This document shows, in pieces, positions 1 through 9,907 of a stretch of 64,000 nt of DNA. The notes below the pieces were generated by a model, which saw nothing but the letters and a program-made list of their open reading frames with translations, ran no database searches and was not told the origin of the DNA. Made by a program: the position numbers and the translations under genes. Origin of the DNA: a virus (Duplodnaviria; Caudoviricetes); the IMG/VR virus record IMGVR_UViG_3300032007_000023, positions 1 to 64,000 of that record. One strand, 5' to 3'. Every line of letters begins with the position of its first letter. The first letter of the stretch is position 1.

Positions 1-41
1 AGTTACATATCGCAAATAAATAACATAAGGAGGAATTCTAA

Positions 42-803
42 ATGAATATTTTAAGCATTGTTAGAATTACGACTGTTGTTGGTTTATCGGCGATAAAGCT
101 TATAAGTACTGCGTTGAAAGTTAAAGAAGCAAAACAGCAGGGTCTGATCAACCCAATCTTTGCTAATAACAACAACAGCACTCCTTATATGACTCAGCAG
201 CCTATGATGAATAACGGTTATAATTCACAATCCATGCAGGCTCCTCAACAGCCCACATGGTCAGAAAGCAGAAGATTTATGAACACAAACACACAGCCTG
301 TATATAATAATCAGGCACAGTATCAGCAGGCTCCTATGCTGTCTAATTATGATACACAGTCCAGAAGATACACTTCTCAGCCTACGTATAATCCTACAAC
401 TTATATACCGTCTAATTGGCAGAGTAATAATTATCGTCCTATAGGACCGACAGTTGCTCAGTATAATCATCCTGAGATGATGCCAATAAATAATTATGAC
501 TCATTGGCAGGATGGTGTAATAGGAATGTACAGAGGCCGATTCAGCAATCTGTTGATTGGAGATATCAATCACAGAATCAAGAATTGAAATGGTGTGACA
601 AATCATATGGTCAAATGATGGAAGAACGACGGATGCAATCTCAGCCACCGCCGGTAAGACATCGAGCGTCTCCAATGTTTAATTGGAACAGTCCATGGTT
701 GAAATATGATTATGCACAAGAGCAACAAAATTCTGGAGTTGTTGCAATGTTCTCTAAAGACGATGGTACCCCATTATATGGACCCGCATTAAGTGCGGTA
801 TAA
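42..803 (+). CDS. Q/N/Y/P-rich low-complexity (prion-like) protein with hydrophobic N-terminus
   Basis: AAGGAGG SD; 253 aa dominated by Q,N,Y,P,M,S; two SRR motifs (nt 267-275, 360-368). Confidence 0.8.
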   Translation: MNILSIVRITTVVGLSAIKLISTALKVKEAKQQGLINPIFANNNNSTPYMTQQPMMNNGYNSQSMQAPQQPTWSESRRFMNTNTQPVYNNQAQYQQAPMLSNYDTQSRRYTSQPTYNPTTYIPSNWQSNNYRPIGPTVAQYNHPEMMPINNYDSLAGWCNRNVQRPIQQSVDWRYQSQNQELKWCDKSYGQMMEERRMQSQPPPVRHRASPMFNWNSPWLKYDYAQEQQNSGVVAMFSKDDGTPLYGPALSAV

Positions 804-920
804 TAAAAAATAGGAGGTGAGAACCGATATGTACTCAAATCGTAGGGGTGTATCAAATGATCCTTAGAAAGGGACATATTGATATCAAGTAAACTCAATA
901 ACGAAAAGGAGGATTTTCAA

Positions 921-1313
921 ATGGAAGTAAAAGCAACAGATCTTGATGCTATCTTCAATGGTGCTGGTAGTCTTATTAATACTACTCAGAATGTCACCAA
1001 TGCAATAGCACAAGGAATTGGTGAGGTAAAGGGTATCATGGATAACTCAAGAAGATCCATGGGACCGATGCAGCCTCAGCAGTACCAGTATCAGCAGCCC
1101 ATAACATATGGATACGGATATGGTGATAATAGCTATAATGGTTATCCTGGTTTCTCAGGAATGTCTGGTTTCGGTAGCAGTTATCCACAGACCCAGATGA
1201 ATATGGGTTATCCAGGTTTCACAAATCAGGCTTATGGTAATATGGGTGGATATACTCCGAATAACAGTAATCCGTTTTCAACACCCGGCCCCCAGGGAGG
1301 TGCTTGGTACTAA
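921..1313 (+). CDS. G/Y/Q/N-rich low-complexity protein
   Basis: ATG at 921 after AAGGAGG (better than 879); amphipathic N-terminus, DNSRR, then GY/GF-rich tail. Confidence 0.8.
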   Translation: MEVKATDLDAIFNGAGSLINTTQNVTNAIAQGIGEVKGIMDNSRRSMGPMQPQQYQYQQPITYGYGYGDNSYNGYPGFSGMSGFGSSYPQTQMNMGYPGFTNQAYGNMGGYTPNNSNPFSTPGPQGGAWY

Positions 1314-1666
1314 TGAAATTTCAGGATTTCTGTTTAAAGGTTGCGACCGAAGGAGATTTCTCACAGATGCCTGCGATGCACTGTAAGGTACCGGAGAAAT
1401 ATGAGGTTGCAACAAATGTAATGGTTGATATGATGAAGAACAAACGTGACGGTTTTGATCGTATCAATGTACCATTCGTTGAGATGTGTTTCGATAATAA
1501 TGATTATGAAAAACTTCTCGAAGAGAAACTTCCTGATGGTGAGATTGATGACGCAATTATCATCAGACTCTCTGAAGGAATTTTCAATGAACAACCCGCT
1601 GCACTTGATGTAAACCAGGCTGCAATAATAAAAGTTCTGGCTACTTACATCTGTATACAAAATTAA
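1313..1666 (+). CDS. hypothetical protein
   Basis: ATG overlaps upstream TAA, GGGAGG SD. Confidence 0.7.
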   Translation: MKFQDFCLKVATEGDFSQMPAMHCKVPEKYEVATNVMVDMMKNKRDGFDRINVPFVEMCFDNNDYEKLLEEKLPDGEIDDAIIIRLSEGIFNEQPAALDVNQAAIIKVLATYICIQN

Positions 1667-1685
1667 TTAATAGGAGGAATTATCC

Positions 1686-2333
1686 ATGGCAACAACTACT
1701 ATCAACAACAAGGCTGGTATCCAGCCTATCCCCACAGACAGATACGTTATCACATCTTCTGATGTTGTAAAGTATCTCCAGGATCAGCTTACTTTCGGTG
1801 TAGCAGCTGACTTCACACGTTGGGTTGGTGTATCTCCCGACCTTTCATACGTAAGAATGAGAGTTGTTCTTGCTCCGAGTGATATCGTTGCTGATACCGG
1901 TTCTAAGGATTATGTCGACAGAGTCCTCGCTGCTAACGCTGCAGGTATCATGTTTAAGGACACAGCTATCAATGCTCTCAAGCCTTTCATGTATCCTGAG
2001 AATGTTGCAGAAGTTCGTAAAAACATCGAGGATGTCAACAGACTCTATCAGCTTGGTGTATTCGATGACCGTCTCAATGAGATCATTGCATTCTCTAAGC
2101 TCAACTACTGCAGAGAAGCAAACGTATTCAGAATCTTCCTCCGTCCTGAGAGAATCATTGCTGATATGCTTGCTGATCCTAATACCGGTAAGATCGATGG
2201 CGATATGAGCATCCTTGCTGTTCAGGGTACTGCTTCCGAGACAATTCGTTGGGAAGTAGCTGTAACAAGAAACAAGAATGCTTTCACAAACAATCAGCTT
2301 ATGTCTGTTGACGCAATCTTCAGTCGTACTTGA
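1686..2333 (+). CDS. hypothetical protein
   Basis: AGGAGG SD, 215 aa, followed by a hairpin. Confidence 0.8.
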   Translation: MATTTINNKAGIQPIPTDRYVITSSDVVKYLQDQLTFGVAADFTRWVGVSPDLSYVRMRVVLAPSDIVADTGSKDYVDRVLAANAAGIMFKDTAINALKPFMYPENVAEVRKNIEDVNRLYQLGVFDDRLNEIIAFSKLNYCREANVFRIFLRPERIIADMLADPNTGKIDGDMSILAVQGTASETIRWEVAVTRNKNAFTNNQLMSVDAIFSRT

Positions 2334-2355
2334 TAACATCGACCAAAGTGAATAC

Positions 2356-2377
2356 ATGCGGGGAATATTCCCCGCAT
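2356..2377. terminator. perfect 22-bp palindrome, terminator-like
   Basis: ATGCGGGGAATATTCCCCGCAT. Confidence 0.7.
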
Positions 2378-2403
2378 AACATCACTTTGTTCAGGAGGTA
2401 TTT

Positions 2404-3495
2404 ATGATTTACGAAATAAATCAAATGATAGATTATCTCGATGAGTTCTTTAAAGGAAGTCAGAAAGAAACTATCGTCGGTGGTATTGCGGGAACACAGA
2501 TTGAAAAGTTTGTCCTTGATTCAGCATTACAAACAACCACATTCAACAAGATACTCGTTGTGAATGGTTGTCAGGACTATATAGGTATCATGAAGAAACC
2601 TATGCAGAATGTTGTATTCTGGGGAGACTTATTTATGGAGGTCATTGTTGATCCATTGATACCGATCGATCCATGGAAACCCAGAATATTCAATCCACGG
2701 GAAGAGTATGTTAAACGTATTAATACACAAATGATAGCTGCATATGATATCATAGTTGTTCTTAATACACATCTCGTTCCATATGATATGTTGAAAGCAA
2801 TCTCAGAGAACTTCGGTGGAAAGATTGTTTACGTAACAGATCCTTTGGATGTAACTGGTTGTGATGGAATAATGCATATGGGTAGTATTAAAGAAATGCC
2901 TGTTGTCGTTGATCATCTTGAAAAAGTATCACCAATGATCGCATTAGCCAGATCTACTGTTGGATTTGAGTCTCGTGCTGTTGATTACAAGGTCAAAGGT
3001 ACATTAACAGAAACCAATAAAATAGGTAAACGTACTATCGGCAAAATAGACGATAAACAGTACATTACCAATGATTGGGGTTTATATAAAGAAGTCACAA
3101 AACGTCAGGAAGACACACCTTTCAGGAAAAACCAGAAGGTTATTGTTAATGAAGACATAGTTGATGTAATGTACGAGATGGGTCAACGTCGTGCGACACT
3201 TGTAAAGGGAAGCATGCTTACAATAGAGAATGCGACATCGAATCCGTTGATGAGATTAAGGTTATATAACTCGAAAACTATCTATGCTGCTGATGTGACT
3301 TATATGAGCGGAACCATGAAAACAAAAGGCTCTGTATCAGTTATCCCAGGAAACATCATGTACTTGGATGACGTCTTCCCATATCATAGGTATAATCATA
3401 CCGTTGCAGTGCTCGGTTATAAATTAGGAAAGAGATATATGTATTCTCTTCTTAAGAACTCAAATAATGTAACGATTGTGAATCGTTTTAAATAA
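2404..3495 (+). CDS. degenerate Dda/RecD-like (SF1B) helicase-fold protein
   Basis: IVGGIAGTQIE (Walker A position, no GKT), DIIVVLNTHLV (Walker B position, no DE), KIVYVTDP (motif III position). Confidence 0.45.
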   Translation: MIYEINQMIDYLDEFFKGSQKETIVGGIAGTQIEKFVLDSALQTTTFNKILVVNGCQDYIGIMKKPMQNVVFWGDLFMEVIVDPLIPIDPWKPRIFNPREEYVKRINTQMIAAYDIIVVLNTHLVPYDMLKAISENFGGKIVYVTDPLDVTGCDGIMHMGSIKEMPVVVDHLEKVSPMIALARSTVGFESRAVDYKVKGTLTETNKIGKRTIGKIDDKQYITNDWGLYKEVTKRQEDTPFRKNQKVIVNEDIVDVMYEMGQRRATLVKGSMLTIENATSNPLMRLRLYNSKTIYAADVTYMSGTMKTKGSVSVIPGNIMYLDDVFPYHRYNHTVAVLGYKLGKRYMYSLLKNSNNVTIVNRFK

Positions 3496-3497
3496 AT

Positions 3498-4163
3498 ATG
3501 AAAGAGGCGATGTTTACGTTTGGATATAAGATAAAACTGATCAAGAATGCGGATCTTAAAGAATATGAATTATTCGAAAAGGCAGTATTTGCAATCCATC
3601 GTCAGACAGATGATTTTGGTCAGTGGTTATTTGACGGATTTTCTCTGAACGAAAACACCGTTCATCAACTTGCGTTAGACATTGAGGGTCTTCATACATT
3701 TATAGATGTATACTTCAATAACAAATACTCATCACCATCAAGCACCATGATGATGTTTCAAAAGATCGATGTAATTCGGAAAACAGCAGGTCAATTAGTT
3801 GATATAGTATCAGAAGTTTCTAAGATGGACAAAGTCAAAGAACAAGCCGAATCAGCGGCTGAAGAGGAAAACGAATACTTTGATAAAGACGAATTCAAAA
3901 AGACCTATGATAAAGCTATGAATATGGCTATTGCACAAGCTCAAAGATTAACAATGCGACTGCTGGGTGCTTTAAAAAGTATACACCTTGTCATTGAGAG
4001 TGATTTAATCAAACTCATACTCGGTGTTGATATAATGGAAGAGTATAAGAAAAGATGCAAAAGACTTCCGAAGAATAAGGATCTTTCGACAGACTTTCAT
4101 GTACACTTCAAAGCGGTATCTAAGGATGACCGTAGATTCTTAGAAAAGGAGAAAAATAAATGA
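3498..4163 (+). CDS. hypothetical protein
   Basis: 221-aa ORF packed into the operon. Confidence 0.75.
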   Translation: MKEAMFTFGYKIKLIKNADLKEYELFEKAVFAIHRQTDDFGQWLFDGFSLNENTVHQLALDIEGLHTFIDVYFNNKYSSPSSTMMMFQKIDVIRKTAGQLVDIVSEVSKMDKVKEQAESAAEEENEYFDKDEFKKTYDKAMNMAIAQAQRLTMRLLGALKSIHLVIESDLIKLILGVDIMEEYKKRCKRLPKNKDLSTDFHVHFKAVSKDDRRFLEKEKNK

Positions 4164-5914
4164 ACGATGAAACAGAGCTCATGATGGCTGGGTATGAAAA
4201 AGTTTATGACTATACCCAGTACTCTCATCTGAATCATATCAATGTCATTCCTGAAGAGGACTTCAAGCGTCTTGTAAGAGATTCATTTAAGATTCTTGCT
4301 GATAACCTCAGAAGAACTTATGGTCCGTATGGTTCACAACTTATTCTCAGTCAGCAGTCTCAGACTATGACAACGAAAGATGGTTTCAATGCATTTGAAG
4401 CTATGGGATTCTCTCACACATATAAGAGAATAGTATATCTTGCTATCCAGAATATCATCAATCGTGTAAACCGCAATGTCGGAGATGGTACAACATCATG
4501 TATCTTACTCGCTGAGAAAATCTTTAATAATCTTAACGAGGTTATTAAAACACCTGATGACAAGAGACTCTTCCTCAAGGTCATAGATAGCATCGAGAGA
4601 AACTTCCAGGATCAGTCTATCATAGACAAGGATGTTGAATCTGGATATGTCAAGAAACTTGATAAAGTATCTATAGAAAACATCATTGCTATGGCTGCTA
4701 ACTATGACTACAATCTTACAAATGTAATTCTTACTGCTCTCGATCCTCAGTACGATGAAAACGGATATGTTGTAAGTGTAAGAAATGTTGTTCCTAAAGA
4801 AGACGTATCTTTATCAGCAGAATCAAATGCGATATATGAAACAACATTCCTTCCAGGTGATTATCGCGCACCGGTTCATATTCCAAATATTGAAGATCTT
4901 GTTGAACTTTCAAAGAGAAGAGATATGCAGGTTGTTATATATGATCACGCATTCAATTCAGTAGATTGGACAGGACTTCGTAAGAACTGGGATGGTACTG
5001 ATATACTTATCATTGCTCGTGCATTCTCAAACAAGTTCGTTCAAGAAGATCTCTATTCATACATGAAGGAGAGACACATGCTCAAGCAGCTTGGTAAAGC
5101 AGCTGATGAAAAGACTCATCTTTATCTTTGTGAGATGAAGGGTGACAGCGTTCAGAATGAACTCAAGGATCTTGCTGAGATTATCGGTACAAAGGTTCGT
5201 GGAATGTATGACGGTGATGTCAACTTCAATGATGTTCCCGTTGTAAATTTCCAAGTATTCCAACATGACTGTCTCTGTATCTTTGACGTAAAAGACAGAG
5301 ATCATTCAGAATACATTGAGCGACTCAATATTGAATATAAAGCAGATGGATCAAATTCATATGTTAAATTCAAGCAGCTTAATAAGCGTATTAAGAGTAT
5401 CAATCTTGGCAAGGATGCGCTTCTCACTGTTAAGTGTGGTACTGAACTTGAAGCAAAACTCATTACTGACAAGATCGTTGACTGTATCTCGATAGTTAAC
5501 TCTGCAATTGAGAGTGGTATTATTCCTAATATACTCAATTACGCATACTATCGTTTATGGCCTACAACACAGGAAGAAATCGAAAGTGATCTTGCGGTAA
5601 AGATATATGCGGCTATCAGAGACTCTGTTACGGAACTCTTCAAAGACATCTATGAATCTAAGTACGGTGAAAAGTATGATGTCAAGAAGTTTGAAGGAAC
5701 AAGAACTCATTTCTATTCACAGAATGATCAGTCATATGATGTTGTGGAAGACAAGTTCGTTGACATGATAAAAAGACCGACTTCAACACAGTATGATCTT
5801 GAAGTAGTTGTAGCAGCTCTGTCAATCGTTAAATATCTCCTTTCAGGCGGTGCTCTTATATTTGATGCTCATCTTCAGAAGAACGTAAATGATGAGGGTC
5901 GTTACATAAGATAA
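4160..5914 (+). CDS. groEL: phage chaperonin (GroEL/TCP-1 family)
   Basis: TYGPYG, TTKDG, VGDGTTS motifs; 584 aa. Confidence 0.9.
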   Translation: MNDETELMMAGYEKVYDYTQYSHLNHINVIPEEDFKRLVRDSFKILADNLRRTYGPYGSQLILSQQSQTMTTKDGFNAFEAMGFSHTYKRIVYLAIQNIINRVNRNVGDGTTSCILLAEKIFNNLNEVIKTPDDKRLFLKVIDSIERNFQDQSIIDKDVESGYVKKLDKVSIENIIAMAANYDYNLTNVILTALDPQYDENGYVVSVRNVVPKEDVSLSAESNAIYETTFLPGDYRAPVHIPNIEDLVELSKRRDMQVVIYDHAFNSVDWTGLRKNWDGTDILIIARAFSNKFVQEDLYSYMKERHMLKQLGKAADEKTHLYLCEMKGDSVQNELKDLAEIIGTKVRGMYDGDVNFNDVPVVNFQVFQHDCLCIFDVKDRDHSEYIERLNIEYKADGSNSYVKFKQLNKRIKSINLGKDALLTVKCGTELEAKLITDKIVDCISIVNSAIESGIIPNILNYAYYRLWPTTQEEIESDLAVKIYAAIRDSVTELFKDIYESKYGEKYDVKKFEGTRTHFYSQNDQSYDVVEDKFVDMIKRPTSTQYDLEVVVAALSIVKYLLSGGALIFDAHLQKNVNDEGRYIR

Positions 5915-5924
5915 GTGTTTATGG

Positions 5925-5946
5925 GTTGGGGCAATATTGCCCCAAC
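5925..5946. terminator. perfect 22-bp palindrome, terminator-like
   Basis: GTTGGGGCAATATTGCCCCAAC right after the chaperonin stop. Confidence 0.7.
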
Positions 5947-6011
5947 TCTAAAACAATTTTGTCTTACAACAATTTGGTACTGTTCAAAAATAATGAAAGG
6001 ACTGACGAGTT

Positions 6012-7508
6012 GTGAAGACCTTAAGAAACAATTTATACAAGGATATGGCTTCTGTGTTATGTTCATCAAAAGGCGAATTAAAATCCTCTCAAACAATCGT
6101 CTTATTTTCACGAGCAGTATCGGTTTATCCGTCAAAATCGATATACTGTCTCGTTGTACATAGAATATTGAGCTTTCTTGAAAAGAATGTCAATAACATT
6201 GATCTCATGGTTGAGGTTATGAAAGATGAAGGAGAAGATAACGAAATAATTGAAAGTATCTTATTCTTGAAAAATAATCCCACTATAACTACGCAAGCTG
6301 AATGTTTGAGACTCTGTAATCTGTTGGCAGATTATGTAAAGTGGGCAGGGGTATTAAAAGTAAAAGACTCTTTCATCAAAACTCTGGATATCATTGATGA
6401 TGACGATGAACCGGAGGATCTCAAATCACATGTTGATCATGTGTATAATGTTGCTCAGGAAATTGTTAAGGCATATGAGTCTGCAAATATAACAGCAGTA
6501 GCTCATACATTTGATTCTGCAGATGTGGATGCAATGAAAATTGTTGTAGCTGATGCTAAAGATGCTCGTGCTCCTGATAAGTGTATTATCACTGGTATCA
6601 GGGGTCTTAATAACCTTCTTTCTCCAGGATATCTGTCTGGATGTTTATACATCTACGCAGCTCTTCCTGGTAACTATAAATCTGGTATTCTGTTAAAGTC
6701 CCATGTAGATACGCTCAAGTATAATGAGCATATCAAGAATACTACAAATGGAAAGACACCAATATCTATGTATATCTCTATGGAGAATACTATGGCTCAA
6801 ACCATACGTAGATTATGGGGTATATTGTTCCCGACTGCAGATATGTCAATGTTCTCTGTTGATGAAATCACCGAGATGATTAACAACGAGCTTACTGCTA
6901 AGGGAATGAGATCTGTTATTCTTTATTACGGATATCGTGAAAAGTCCACTAAGGATCTTGAAACAATTATCCGTTCATATAATAATGACAACAATGAGGT
7001 TGTGGCTGTATTCCTCGATTACATCAAGCGTATTAGACCTGGTCGTACAGATTTAGCAGTAACATCTTCAGAGAAGTCAGAGCTTCATGCTATAATGAAT
7101 GAACTTAAGTCTATATGTGCAGAATTCAATATTCCGATCATCTCAGGACATCAGCTCAATAGAGAAGCAGCACGTCAGGTTGATGACGTTGTTAAGAATG
7201 GTGGTTATAACAAGACTGATCAAGCAATGGGTAGAAGTAATATATCTGTTGCATGGGAGGTTATGGAGGTTGCTGATTGGATGTGTTTAATGAATATTGA
7301 GAATAATGGCGAAACAAAATCACTTATGCTCAAAGCGGTAAAGCAACGTGATCTCGATCAGAACACAGATAATTCAATCACAGCTATCAGACACCCATTC
7401 TTATCACCTCAGTCGTTTGCTTTGAAAGATGACATCATGGAGAATGTATCTATATCTATCCCGATATACTTCGGCGTTCAGAAGTTGAATTATATGGCAT
7501 CCGTATAA
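6012..7508 (+). CDS. dnaB: DnaB-like (SF4) replicative helicase
   Basis: ALPGNYKS (H1), YISMEN (H1a), FLDYI (H2), HQLNRE (H3). Confidence 0.85.
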   Translation: MKTLRNNLYKDMASVLCSSKGELKSSQTIVLFSRAVSVYPSKSIYCLVVHRILSFLEKNVNNIDLMVEVMKDEGEDNEIIESILFLKNNPTITTQAECLRLCNLLADYVKWAGVLKVKDSFIKTLDIIDDDDEPEDLKSHVDHVYNVAQEIVKAYESANITAVAHTFDSADVDAMKIVVADAKDARAPDKCIITGIRGLNNLLSPGYLSGCLYIYAALPGNYKSGILLKSHVDTLKYNEHIKNTTNGKTPISMYISMENTMAQTIRRLWGILFPTADMSMFSVDEITEMINNELTAKGMRSVILYYGYREKSTKDLETIIRSYNNDNNEVVAVFLDYIKRIRPGRTDLAVTSSEKSELHAIMNELKSICAEFNIPIISGHQLNREAARQVDDVVKNGGYNKTDQAMGRSNISVAWEVMEVADWMCLMNIENNGETKSLMLKAVKQRDLDQNTDNSITAIRHPFLSPQSFALKDDIMENVSISIPIYFGVQKLNYMASV

Positions 7509-7520
7509 ATTATAATTATG

Positions 7521-7533
7521 GACATATATAATT
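7521..7533 (+). promoter_or_regulatory. class-1 (putative early) promoter motif
   Basis: GACATATATAATT, identical at 23085 and near-identical at 42374(-), 45626, 56062. Confidence 0.55.
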
Positions 7534-7597
7534 TTGGTGGAAAAGATACATCTATGTACTCTTCCAAAGAATCACATTTCGAAAAGGAGGAAATGCA

Positions 7598-8230
7598 ATG
7601 AACGTTCTTGTTCAGCAGTATCAGCAGAGAGTTCTCACTCCGGAAGAACCGGTTGATTACTCTAACATTGTAATGCAGAGTTATCCACCTCAGGCCTTAC
7701 AGCAGGAACCCTTCATAGGTTTCAAGGTTCTGTGTACAGATACTCAGGCATTCACTTACAATCCAGGTGATCGTATTCGTTATATCGATGCGAATCTTGG
7801 ATTCCTCAGAGGCAAGGGAGTTATAATCAGAGAAACCAATAAGAACAAACCTGATGGTTTCTGGGTTATCTCATTACCAGTACCTCGTTCACAGGTTAAC
7901 ACGGCTCTCAATAATCTCTTTGATGTACTTGCATCATTCGAGCAGTATTTCGGTATTGTAAGAGATGGATTATTTGAGATTAACGTATCAGGAAGATGTC
8001 ATGTAACAGAAGTTGAAAGATGCTTCTCGTCACTGTCAATTCCTCAGCGTTATATGAGTAATCTCATACCGTCAAACAACATGCTCTGTTCTATGGGTCA
8101 CATTCAGCGTATCAATGATAACTTCATGTGTCTCAGAACAAGATGGGATCTCTCAAGATCCAACACACCTCAGGCACACTTCGAAGATCTCACTGTGTTG
8201 TCTCAGTTGATAGCTTCGATGTATCATTAA
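7598..8230 (+). CDS. hypothetical protein with Q-rich N-terminus
   Basis: AAGGAGG SD; 210 aa. Confidence 0.8.
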   Translation: MNVLVQQYQQRVLTPEEPVDYSNIVMQSYPPQALQQEPFIGFKVLCTDTQAFTYNPGDRIRYIDANLGFLRGKGVIIRETNKNKPDGFWVISLPVPRSQVNTALNNLFDVLASFEQYFGIVRDGLFEINVSGRCHVTEVERCFSSLSIPQRYMSNLIPSNNMLCSMGHIQRINDNFMCLRTRWDLSRSNTPQAHFEDLTVLSQLIASMYH

Positions 8231-8256
8231 AATAATCATTTAAGGAGGAACTTAAA

Positions 8257-8994
8257 ATGAGTACTTACAATCCCGATGCACCAGTAGAAAACAGCGGCGG
8301 CTTCTTACAGCACACATACCAGGCTCAGGACAATAACATGTTCTATTGGAATGGTAATAATGTAGGAGGTTTCAATCCTGGTATGGGTTATAATGACGGA
8401 TCAAGAAGAAACGTTATGAACCCGGTAAATCCTAACTGTGGTGCACCCAATCCTTTCACACAGTTCGGTCAGGCACAGCCTCAGTCAATTCCTGAGTCTA
8501 TGGTTCAGCCGTTCGGTTCATATCCTCCTTCTACACCTTATACTGTTTCTACAAATAGTTTTGGTCTCAACTCAATGGTTGAAAGTAGAAGAAATACTCC
8601 TCCCACTCAGGCTGCTCCTCAGAACAATCCTTGGGCTCAGCCCCAGGCACAGCAGCCTCAGATGGCTCCTCAGCAGAATCCGTTCCAGTTCAACCAGCCT
8701 TGCTGTTATGATCCTAACATGACACCTGGTTTCAGAGTTGATATGAATACAGCTGCTCTCTATGGAAATAATCAGTTCGGTTTCGATAAGCATAATTCAT
8801 GGGATAACTATTATCACCAGAATCGTACTATCGATATGCCTGTTATCAATTGGCAGCAGCAGACTCAGGCAATGGCACCTCAGGGTTATGCAGCTTGGTC
8901 ACAGCCCCAGGCACAGTATCCTGTAAATCAGCTTAAGACATCCAATCAGAATTGGAAGGACATAGCTGAAAGAAACTGGTCTGCAAATTTATAA
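8257..8994 (+). CDS. Q/N/P-rich low-complexity (prion-like) protein
   Basis: AAGGAGG SD; two SRR motifs (8401-8409, 8584-8592); NPF/NPW motifs. Confidence 0.85.
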   Translation: MSTYNPDAPVENSGGFLQHTYQAQDNNMFYWNGNNVGGFNPGMGYNDGSRRNVMNPVNPNCGAPNPFTQFGQAQPQSIPESMVQPFGSYPPSTPYTVSTNSFGLNSMVESRRNTPPTQAAPQNNPWAQPQAQQPQMAPQQNPFQFNQPCCYDPNMTPGFRVDMNTAALYGNNQFGFDKHNSWDNYYHQNRTIDMPVINWQQQTQAMAPQGYAAWSQPQAQYPVNQLKTSNQNWKDIAERNWSANL

Positions 8995-9012
8995 TAATAA
9001 AAGGAGATCGCA

Positions 9013-9894
9013 ATGTCAGAATCGGTAATAACAAACGATGTCATTGACTATCGTCGTAATTTCCGTTCGAGATTGAATGCTCTTCCGTTGGAGTTCAAAT
9101 GTGAAATCGGTGAAATTCCTCTTCAAAAAGGAATGAGACCATCTTCTCGTAAAGAGAAGGCGATAGAACTCTTAAACAAATATCATATCGATTATACAGA
9201 AATCGGTACTGGAACAAATCGTTTCATTGTAAAGTATGACGGCTACGCTCTCAAGATCGCTCTTGATCATGAGGGCGTTGCTGATAATATGCAGGAATTC
9301 GCAATATGTGATTCGCTTATGCCGCATGTGGCGTATGCACATGAAATCAGTAAAGGAGGCCACCTGTTGGTGGCCTCTTACTGTCCTGCTTTTACTACTC
9401 ATTCAGAAATGTGGTCTCATAATGGATCCATACGTGAGATACTAACTGAATGGAGTAAAAGATTTCTGTTAGGAGATGTCGGTATAACACAACACAATTA
9501 TGCAAATTGGGGATTAGCTCCGGGTGGTCGACCTGTATGTATTGATTATGCATATATATTCCCGGCATCACTTGATATGTTTAAATGTATATGTGGAAAC
9601 CGATCTATGACATTTGCAAACAGTAGTTTCTCAACTTATAAGTGTACTAAATGTGGAAAGACTTATGAGGATAGAGAACTAAGAGCAAAGATATCTCATG
9701 AGGAAAGAATGAGATTGTTCAATAATGTAAAGGGTATCGAGATGAGAGAAGAATATGAATCACATCCCGTTGATCCGAAATATATCAAAGTAAATACCAA
9801 TCCTGATGCTCCGAATCCGTATGATGTTGCTATGAATGCACATGATCTTGCAAGCGGAAATCCAACATCGAATTGGTATGGAAATTTCTATTAA
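9013..9894 (+). CDS. protein-kinase-like protein with C-terminal Zn ribbon
   Basis: IGTGTNR G-loop, ALKIA lysine, NMQE glutamate, GDVGITQHNYANWG catalytic-loop-like, CIDYA (DFG-like), then CxC...CxxC. Confidence 0.7.
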   Translation: MSESVITNDVIDYRRNFRSRLNALPLEFKCEIGEIPLQKGMRPSSRKEKAIELLNKYHIDYTEIGTGTNRFIVKYDGYALKIALDHEGVADNMQEFAICDSLMPHVAYAHEISKGGHLLVASYCPAFTTHSEMWSHNGSIREILTEWSKRFLLGDVGITQHNYANWGLAPGGRPVCIDYAYIFPASLDMFKCICGNRSMTFANSSFSTYKCTKCGKTYEDRELRAKISHEERMRLFNNVKGIEMREEYESHPVDPKYIKVNTNPDAPNPYDVAMNAHDLASGNPTSNWYGNFY

Positions 9895-9907
9895 GGAGGA
9901 AATGTAA

